Positions 57,321-64,000 of a DNA stretch of 64,000 nt are shown piece by piece; position 1 is the stretch's first letter; each line of letters opens with the position of its first letter. A program made the translations under genes and the position numbers. The stretch is from a virus: positions 133,310-197,309 of IMG/VR virus record IMGVR_UViG_3300043773_002546; one strand, written 5' to 3'. The notes beneath the pieces are model-generated. The model searched no databases. It saw only the letters and a program-made list of their open reading frames with translations, and had not been told where the DNA came from.

Positions 57321-58805
57321 ATGAGTTGCGAAGAATTTGTCATCTCGGCTGACGGCCGCAAAGGCATCGGCGTTGTTCAGCCACAAAGCGGCCTGGATTT
57401 TCCGTTCGTTGCCCCGTCAGACGACGTAGCGTTGTTGCTGGCGGATTTTCACTTGGCTTACGACGACCCCGGCTATTACACCGCCAGCGGCACGCCGCAG
57501 TTCGTCCACCCCCTGCGCATTGAGTGGCTCTACGGCATCGGCTGCGACGAGAGCGAATCGTCCGCGAGCGAATCTGCGCCGCACTCCGCCGACTTGCGGG
57601 TGATCGACGCCAACGACGCCGTGGTCTTTGACTCGACCGCGGCCGTTTACTTTGACCGGCACGCCTGGAGCGCGGACTACGAAATCATTGAGTGGCGCAC
57701 GGCAGACGCCGTCTGCCGGGCCGTGGCCTACACCAGCTGGGCTTCATCCTTCGTGCCCCATAACTTCCCGCTGTTCTTCTATCCCGAAAACGCCGTGCTC
57801 GACGAGCGAGCCGTGCAAAAGCTCCCCCGGCGGGTGCGCTCAATCAAGGTCCGGCAAGGCAACCTCGTTATGGGTACGCCGATCGCTTTTGGAAGCGGCC
57901 GGTTTGAGGCTGGCTACAACATGACGCTAACCGTAACCGGGCCCACGACAACTGCGCTGCGCCGCAACACGAACATTACTTTCGTGGCCGAAGGGCGTAA
58001 GGAATACAACGACTGCAACGACGAGCCAAGCGAGCCGGTCATTTCCATCAACGGCGTGAACGGAAAGGGCGGCGATTTCACCTTAACCGGCGCCGAGTGC
58101 ATCTACACGCGACGGCCCACGACCCTGGGCGATGACACGGTTACTCCGCAACAGTACTTTGGCGCCAACGGCTACTACAAGATCGGCAGCGACTGCCCGG
58201 CTTGCTGCGACTGCCCAGACTACGTCGAGTCGGCGACCTACATGAATCGCATTCGAAACCGGTACAAGACTATTGGCAAACGAACGCACGACGTCAAGCT
58301 TTTACACGAAGAGAACATCCAACGCTGGATCGAGAGCCGCGAGTGCCGCCTAGAGAAACCGCTGAAGATCGTCATGACGCCCCAGTGCTGCCCGCTCATG
58401 GACGTCTTGGTGATGTATTGCAACCAGTGCCAGAGCTGCGCCGAGGACGTGGTTCTTAACATCGCCTTTGGCTCTTTCCCAGGGGGCACGCTGGGTACGC
58501 CCCAGTGCGGCTTCACAGTCATGTACGCCCCCGGCGTTAGCGGCGAAAAAGTGCTCCTGCAGGGCGCATGGCCCAACTTCTCCGTGGCGTTGCCTCCGGT
58601 GGATGTGGGCAACAGCGCCTACGTGAAATTCCGCCTAAAGTTCGACCCAAAGAATTACCCCTACGCCATTAACGGCACGCTCACCGGGACCAAAGGCGAC
58701 GGACCAATCCGCGCCGGGTGCGACGAGAGCAAACCTGCCGCCGTGGCCTTCGCCGTCAAGACACTTAACTGCAACGCCGAAGGCAACAACATCGAGGCTT
58801 GCTAA
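57321..58805 (+). CDS. Cys-rich tail-fibre-like paralog 2
   Basis: GLDFPF; SINGVNGKGGDFTL; CPACCDC; ESESS linker. Confidence 0.6.
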   Translation: MSCEEFVISADGRKGIGVVQPQSGLDFPFVAPSDDVALLLADFHLAYDDPGYYTASGTPQFVHPLRIEWLYGIGCDESESSASESAPHSADLRVIDANDAVVFDSTAAVYFDRHAWSADYEIIEWRTADAVCRAVAYTSWASSFVPHNFPLFFYPENAVLDERAVQKLPRRVRSIKVRQGNLVMGTPIAFGSGRFEAGYNMTLTVTGPTTTALRRNTNITFVAEGRKEYNDCNDEPSEPVISINGVNGKGGDFTLTGAECIYTRRPTTLGDDTVTPQQYFGANGYYKIGSDCPACCDCPDYVESATYMNRIRNRYKTIGKRTHDVKLLHEENIQRWIESRECRLEKPLKIVMTPQCCPLMDVLVMYCNQCQSCAEDVVLNIAFGSFPGGTLGTPQCGFTVMYAPGVSGEKVLLQGAWPNFSVALPPVDVGNSAYVKFRLKFDPKNYPYAINGTLTGTKGDGPIRAGCDESKPAAVAFAVKTLNCNAEGNNIEAC

Positions 58806-58808
58806 CTC

Positions 58809-60416
58809 ATGCCCACGCGCAACCAAAACTGGTACGACCTGCAGTCCGGACGGCGGTATCCGCTGGACGATCGCAGCACCGGTGTCGACGACGCGGGCAG
58901 CCCGATCGAGGACGATGTGCTGGCCGACTGTCACTTGCGTTTTCCCTCAACCCTGGGCGCGCACGCCTTTGTGCAGGGCATCACCGTTACGCCCGCGCTA
59001 GTAACCGTAATCTTCGGCGTGGCCGAGACGCTGGAGGACACAGAGGGGCCGTCGATCGCCGCGCTTTCGGTGCCGCGAGCCACATTGGCGGCAGGCGTAA
59101 ACTACACCGTCCGTCCGTTGGTGCCCGGCGTGGCAGGTTGGGTAGCGTTCAGCCAGGGAATCCATGAGAGCTTCGTCGGACGCTACAGCACGCCGATCCA
59201 GACGCTTATCGCGCCGCGCTGCGCTCGGCCCTATACTCCGCTGCCGATCCCGACCCTGGGCAAGCAGAACCTGGCCACGTCGCTTGAAGGCCTGGTCACG
59301 CTCTTGGGCGTGCCGCCGGTCGAAGCGTTTTACGACGAAGTAACAATCGAGGGCAACCCGGCGCGGGCCATCGTCTTCCGGCTGCTCACGGAGTTTAACG
59401 GCGACAACCCACTCGAGACGTTCCTGGGCGCCTGCGGCGAGCGGCCCGAAAGTGGTACTTGCCCCAAGCCGCCGATCGAGACCATCAACGGCGTGTCGCC
59501 GGACTGTGACGGCAACATCAACTTGGTGTTCGACGGGTTCGCGGCCCTTCCGTTTGCCGACTGCGGCGGTATCGACATCCTTGCCAGCACTGGCCTGGCG
59601 GAAGCTTGCGCCGCAGCCGACCCGCCGCCTTACCGCCGCCCCCAGGATAACTGCAACCCGCTGGGGTCCAGTGCCGCCGACGACGACAACTGGTACGACC
59701 CGATCGACCAGATCCCCCCGGACGTTATCGAGTCGGAGAGCTTGCCTGACCCGGGTTACTCTGAAAGCTGTGCCGTGGTGCCCACTTGCGTGGACTTTGC
59801 CGACGGCACCTCCGGCGGTCGTTTTAACGGAATCTCCGGACTGTTCGTCTATGAGACTACAGATGCCCCTTACGGCTGTACCCTGGACGAGAGCGAGTCT
59901 GTGAGTTCGCTAGCGCCGCACTACACCTACACCGCCGCCAGCGGCGTGGGCCGGAATATCGCCCTGTTCCGCAACTGCCCCAGCGATTGGGCTTTTGATC
60001 GCACGATCACTACTGAGCTGAAAATCGGCACGGGCGGTTTGCGGCGCAACGGCGGCTTGGTACTGAACTACCTCCAGGCCGTGCCCTACCTGCAGATTCC
60101 CACGCGCTACCTGGTGGCCTTGATTGACGGGGAGACCAACAAGCTCAAGGTCTTGCGGATCAACGGCACGGCCACGGTCGTCGAGCAGGAGACGGACCTC
60201 ACCGTTATCCCAGGGCACTGGTATCGACTGTCCGCAGAAACGCTTGACGCGGGCGGCTCGGTGGTGCTCAACGTGACAGCGGACGCCATAGACCTGGTTA
60301 TGCCCAGTGCGTCGCTGTCGGTAGCCATCAGCAACTACGGCAGTTACACCGGACTGGCAGGGCTTTTCAGCGACCGGTCGTACACGTATTTCAACCTGTT
60401 TAAGGTGGAAAGCTAA
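58809..60416 (+). CDS. Cys-rich tail-fibre-like paralog 3 with C-terminal beta-sandwich domain
   Basis: WYDLQSGRRYPL; TINGVSPDCDGNINL; beta-rich C-terminal domain. Confidence 0.6.
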   Translation: MPTRNQNWYDLQSGRRYPLDDRSTGVDDAGSPIEDDVLADCHLRFPSTLGAHAFVQGITVTPALVTVIFGVAETLEDTEGPSIAALSVPRATLAAGVNYTVRPLVPGVAGWVAFSQGIHESFVGRYSTPIQTLIAPRCARPYTPLPIPTLGKQNLATSLEGLVTLLGVPPVEAFYDEVTIEGNPARAIVFRLLTEFNGDNPLETFLGACGERPESGTCPKPPIETINGVSPDCDGNINLVFDGFAALPFADCGGIDILASTGLAEACAAADPPPYRRPQDNCNPLGSSAADDDNWYDPIDQIPPDVIESESLPDPGYSESCAVVPTCVDFADGTSGGRFNGISGLFVYETTDAPYGCTLDESESVSSLAPHYTYTAASGVGRNIALFRNCPSDWAFDRTITTELKIGTGGLRRNGGLVLNYLQAVPYLQIPTRYLVALIDGETNKLKVLRINGTATVVEQETDLTVIPGHWYRLSAETLDAGGSVVLNVTADAIDLVMPSASLSVAISNYGSYTGLAGLFSDRSYTYFNLFKVES

Positions 60417-61186
60417 TGGCTGGTACACGCATTATTTTCCCGCAGTTTCGCGACGAGCAGCAGGACTCGCGCTACCCGTTCGTCGACAAGGCAACGCTCG
60501 TCTCCACAGAAAACGCTTTGGAGATCGGCCGTGACACCTTTATCGACGCGGCGATCTACGCCATCGGCGGGTACGCCCGGGCATACATTTCGGCGGTGAC
60601 CGTTAGCGCCAGCGAGATCGCGATCACCGTCGGCGACGAGAACAACAAGACACGCGCTACGGCCCGCTGGGTCCCCGCCAGTCCGCCTGCTAACGGCGTA
60701 CTAGACCTCTTGGACAGTTACGGCCGCCCGGCGGGCATGCTTCTTTCAACACCGCTGCACCTGGCCCGTTTCGCCGCCTGGCCCGCGCGAACTCACACTT
60801 TTGCCCTGGCCGCCACGGAGTTCGTGAACACCTGCGTTATTCCGGCCCGCGAACCAGGCGTGCGCGGGCTCATCGCCGCCGACAGCACACTGCTGACCGG
60901 CGACGTGTGGCTCATTGGCGACCGGGGCGTTGTGGTGCGCCAAGACGGCGAGGGCGTTATCCGCATTGATATCATTGGCTCGCCGCTGTTTTTGCGCGAG
61001 CTGTGCGACGATCTTAACAAGTTCACCCCCAAAACTTTTATCAAAACCATTAACGGCTGCACGGCGGACGAGTATGGTAACTTTACGTTAACCGCTACCG
61101 GCCACAACGCCGCGGACACGGTGCTGCGGATCTACCCCAGCGACGGTAACCTGAAAATCGACGTGATCGGCAAGAAGGTGGTGTAG
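60416..61186 (+). CDS. Tail-fibre-like paralog 4
   Basis: FRDEQQDSRYPF; TINGCTADEYGNFTL. Confidence 0.6.
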   Translation: MAGTRIIFPQFRDEQQDSRYPFVDKATLVSTENALEIGRDTFIDAAIYAIGGYARAYISAVTVSASEIAITVGDENNKTRATARWVPASPPANGVLDLLDSYGRPAGMLLSTPLHLARFAAWPARTHTFALAATEFVNTCVIPAREPGVRGLIAADSTLLTGDVWLIGDRGVVVRQDGEGVIRIDIIGSPLFLRELCDDLNKFTPKTFIKTINGCTADEYGNFTLTATGHNAADTVLRIYPSDGNLKIDVIGKKVV

Positions 61187-61187
61187 C

Positions 61188-62207
61188 ATGCCCCGCGCTG
61201 GTTTTTACAACGACAACGAATACCGGGCGTACCCTTTTGTGTACAAGGTCACCGACGCTGTTCCGTCGTTTGCAGAGTTGCCGAGCAGCGGCAACAAGCA
61301 CATGATCTACCTGACGCGCGACACAGGCGCTAAGTATCGCTGGACCGGTAACGCGTACGCGCTGCTCGACCCGACGGCCCCAGCGCTGCCGGACGCGTGC
61401 ATTTTGGACGCGGGCGTCATAATGGGCTTGATGAGTGAATTTGATCCGACGCAGCACAGCGTTTGGCTGGAGTCGGTCAGCCGCGTGGCGGACGTGTTCA
61501 CCTTTACTTTCCGAACCGACGCGCCGGGCGCCGCGAGCCAACCCCTGACCTTCACACGCCCGGCCGACGCTAGCGAGTGGCTTAGCGAACAAGTTGATGC
61601 GGCCGACTGGGAAGGGTTTTTTGTCACTGGGCCGCTTACTGAGCTGGCCGCGCAAATGCCTAACAACACCGCCATGACTATTGCCAACGTCGACCGGGTG
61701 CTGGAACCTGCCCGCATTCAGAGCCTAGTAAAAAGCTACCTTCGCTCGGTGAGCCTGGGCAACTACCGCCGCACCCTGGTCACGCCTAGCAGCGCCTGCG
61801 AGACCAGCAGCTCCGCGGTCAACGTCCGCGAGATCGTCGTGAACGCCGAGGGCCTCCAGGGCGACCTGCGGCTCAAGGAGGGATACAACTGCCGGATCTC
61901 TCAAACGGATTTCAACCGCGAGATCCGCGTGGCGGCCGAGGTAGGCGCCGGGCTGCCGCCTGATAATGAGCTGTGCAGCCGCGGCGGCGAGCTTCCGCTA
62001 TACGCGGGCGAAGAGCCGCCGGAAGGCAGTCCGTTTCTCAGCGGCGGACCGGCCTGCGACGAGACAATTGCCACGATAAACGGCATGGGCGGGCCCAACG
62101 TCACGCTGATCGGCGGACCCGGCGTCGGCGTCACGACTGACAGCGAGAACTTCAGCGTGCGCGTGGCGCTGGACACCAACAGCCTGGTCGGAAACTGCGG
62201 AGCATGA
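61188..62207 (+). CDS. Tail-fibre-like paralog 5
   Basis: FYNDNEYRAYPF; TINGMGGPNVTL. Confidence 0.6.
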   Translation: MPRAGFYNDNEYRAYPFVYKVTDAVPSFAELPSSGNKHMIYLTRDTGAKYRWTGNAYALLDPTAPALPDACILDAGVIMGLMSEFDPTQHSVWLESVSRVADVFTFTFRTDAPGAASQPLTFTRPADASEWLSEQVDAADWEGFFVTGPLTELAAQMPNNTAMTIANVDRVLEPARIQSLVKSYLRSVSLGNYRRTLVTPSSACETSSSAVNVREIVVNAEGLQGDLRLKEGYNCRISQTDFNREIRVAAEVGAGLPPDNELCSRGGELPLYAGEEPPEGSPFLSGGPACDETIATINGMGGPNVTLIGGPGVGVTTDSENFSVRVALDTNSLVGNCGA

Positions 62208-62208
62208 G

Positions 62209-64000
62209 ATGACCCAACCGCTTTTCGACCCGAGTAAGTGCAACGTGCCGGAGGTCCCCAGCGTGGACTTCCTGTTCGTTTCCGACTGCTCGATTCCCCA
62301 ACCACCGCCGCCGATCTTCGACTGCCCGGTGCCGCCGGTGCCCCAAGAACCGTGTTTCCCTTGCCCAGAGTTTGACACCCATACCTCGATCAAGGTTACT
62401 TACGGCACGGGTTGCGGCAACAATGATCCTGAAGGCGGGCTGACGGTAACTAAAACGGACACTGACCCGTGCCGTTTCTTAATTGACCTAAACCTTGACA
62501 TCCCAATTCCGACGCCACCGTGCCCGACAATTGACGGCGGAAGTGTCGACATTACGGTCGGTTACGATAAGTGCGCGTCAGGCCCTACAGGCGCAATCAC
62601 CGTCACAAAAGAAACAGTGCCGGGCAACTGCGAGGACGGCACACAAGATAGCTGCAAGTTCACTATCGATCTGGACCTGACTATTCCTATCCCTACACCG
62701 CCTTGCCCGGCAATCGAGGGCGGGAGTGTAAAGGTCAACGTCAAACAAGAACAATGTAGCACCGGCCCCGGTGGAACGCTTACCGTCACCAAAGAAAAGG
62801 TATCGGGCAACTGCGAAGACGGCACACAAGATAGCTGCAAGTTTACGATCGATCTGGACCTGACTGTTCCTATCCCCGCGCCGCCCTGCCCAGCGATCGA
62901 CGGCGGAAGTGTAAAGGTCACCGTCAAACCAGAGAACTGCGGCACCGGCCCGGGCGGCACAATTACCGTCACCAAAGAAAAAGTCTCGGGCAACTGCGAG
63001 AACGACCAGCAGGACAGCTGCAAATTCACAATCGATCTGGACCTGACTATTCCTATCCCTACACCGCCTTGCCCGGCAATCGACGGCGGGAGCGTAAAAG
63101 TCACCGTCGGCTACAAGGACGAGTGCGTCACCGCGCCGCCTGGCGGCACAATCACCGTCACCAAAGAAAAGGTATCGGGCAACTGTGAGGACGACCAGCA
63201 AGACAGCTGCAAATTCACAATTGATCTAGACCTGAACATCCCAATTCCCAAGCCGCCCTGCCCGGAAATTAACGTCACCGGCACGATAGGCTACGGCAAC
63301 GAGCCAAAAATTGAGGTGGTCACCAACAAAACTCCGCCGCCGCCCGGCTGCGATGAGCCCGGTTCGTGCAAGTTTGACATCGACATCAGTATCGAAATTC
63401 CGCCGCCGCCCTGTCCTGAGATCACTGGCGAAATTACCGTTTATGAATCGGAGACACCGACCGGCTCTTTTACGGTTAATGAAACCAGCGGCCCGTCGGG
63501 TGAATGCCAGTTCAACATTGATATTCAAGTAGGCGTGCCGCAACCGCCGTGTCCGGAAATCACGGGCACGCTAACTGTTTATGAAAACCCCACCCCAACC
63601 GGCACGTTTACAGTCGCGCGCGATGAGAACGTCACTGGCCAGTGCTCGTTCAATCTAGCCGTCGAGTTGGGAATTCCGTCGCCGCCCTGCCCGGAAATTA
63701 CTGGCACGTTGACTGTTTATGAAAATCCCACGCCAACCGGTTCTTTTACTGTCGAGCGCGACGAAAACGTCACCGGTCAGTGCTCGTTCAATCTAGCCGT
63801 TGCGTTAGGAATTCCGTCGCCGCCCTGCCCTGAAATCACGGGCACTCTAACTGTTTACGAAGCAGACGCGCCAACCGGCACGTTTATAGTCGAGCGCGAT
63901 GAGAACGTCACCGGTCAGTGCTCGTTCAATCTAGCCGTCGAGTTGGGAATTCCAAAACCGCCGTGCCCTGAGATCACAGGCGCTGTAACGGTCTATGAGT
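62209..64000 (+). CDS. 3'-partial Cys/Pro-rich repeat protein (absent from the ORF track)
   Basis: Translated by hand: ATG 62209 (MTQPLFDPSKCNVPEVP...) stays open to the window end, about 597 codons, built of PPCP-delimited repeats. Confidence 0.85.
   Translation, partial: MTQPLFDPSKCNVPEVPSVDFLFVSDCSIPQPPPPIFDCPVPPVPQEPCFPCPEFDTHTSIKVTYGTGCGNNDPEGGLTVTKTDTDPCRFLIDLNLDIPIPTPPCPTIDGGSVDITVGYDKCASGPTGAITVTKETVPGNCEDGTQDSCKFTIDLDLTIPIPTPPCPAIEGGSVKVNVKQEQCSTGPGGTLTVTKEKVSGNCEDGTQDSCKFTIDLDLTVPIPAPPCPAIDGGSVKVTVKPENCGTGPGGTITVTKEKVSGNCENDQQDSCKFTIDLDLTIPIPTPPCPAIDGGSVKVTVGYKDECVTAPPGGTITVTKEKVSGNCEDDQQDSCKFTIDLDLNIPIPKPPCPEINVTGTIGYGNEPKIEVVTNKTPPPPGCDEPGSCKFDIDISIEIPPPPCPEITGEITVYESETPTGSFTVNETSGPSGECQFNIDIQVGVPQPPCPEITGTLTVYENPTPTGTFTVARDENVTGQCSFNLAVELGIPSPPCPEITGTLTVYENPTPTGSFTVERDENVTGQCSFNLAVALGIPSPPCPEITGTLTVYEADAPTGTFIVERDENVTGQCSFNLAVELGIPKPPCPEITGAVTVYE
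62521..64000 (+). repeat. Coding tandem repeats: four of 183-189 nt, one of 153 nt, four of 138 nt plus a partial unit
   Basis: Cys codons of the PPCP motif at 62521, 62704, 62887, 63070, 63259, 63412, 63550, 63688, 63826 and 63964. Confidence 0.9.

Noticed and set aside
62521-64000. CRISPR array or non-coding repeat
   Set aside because: Unit lengths are multiples of three, the frame is open, differences fall mostly at synonymous positions, and there are no unique spacers.
1-64000. Eukaryotic giant virus or mirusvirus, suggested by multisubunit RNAP, MMP and papain
   Set aside because: Shine-Dalgarno sites, overlapping operonic genes, intrinsic terminators, a sigma-70 factor and a contractile tail indicate a bacteriophage.
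1-64000. Alternative genetic code or stop-codon reassignment
   Set aside because: Long conserved genes are intact under the standard bacterial code, and TAA, TAG and TGA all end genes at tight junctions.

Overview
A 64-kb segment of a large, GC-rich (roughly 60% by eye) contractile-tailed dsDNA phage genome. About 61 genes lie tightly packed on the + strand and both end genes run off the window. Order: head-associated unknowns and a membrane/protease cassette (holin-like protein, MMP-type zymogen, papain-like protease; 1-8.8 kb); a two-gene multisubunit RNA polymerase (beta fused to the N-half of beta', beta' C-half separate, both zinc sites lost; 8.8-16.1 kb); more head-associated proteins; prohead protease, scaffold, decoration protein and major capsid protein (23.8-28.7 kb); neck genes interrupted by a two-gene island; sheath, tube, spike, chaperones, tape measure and baseplate, with a sigma-70-family gene inside the baseplate block; then Cys-rich fibre paralogs and a partial PPCP-repeat protein missing from the ORF track. 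Strongest leads: the fused/split, zinc-free, almost Cys-free RNAP; a recurring K-x-A motif in head proteins (candidate maturation-cleavage code); a dispersed AT-rich 12-bp palindrome ATTGATATCAAT; and a possibly protease-based lysis cassette. All functional calls come from motif reading and gene order, not from database searches. No tRNA, rRNA, CRISPR array, integrase, portal or terminase was recognised.
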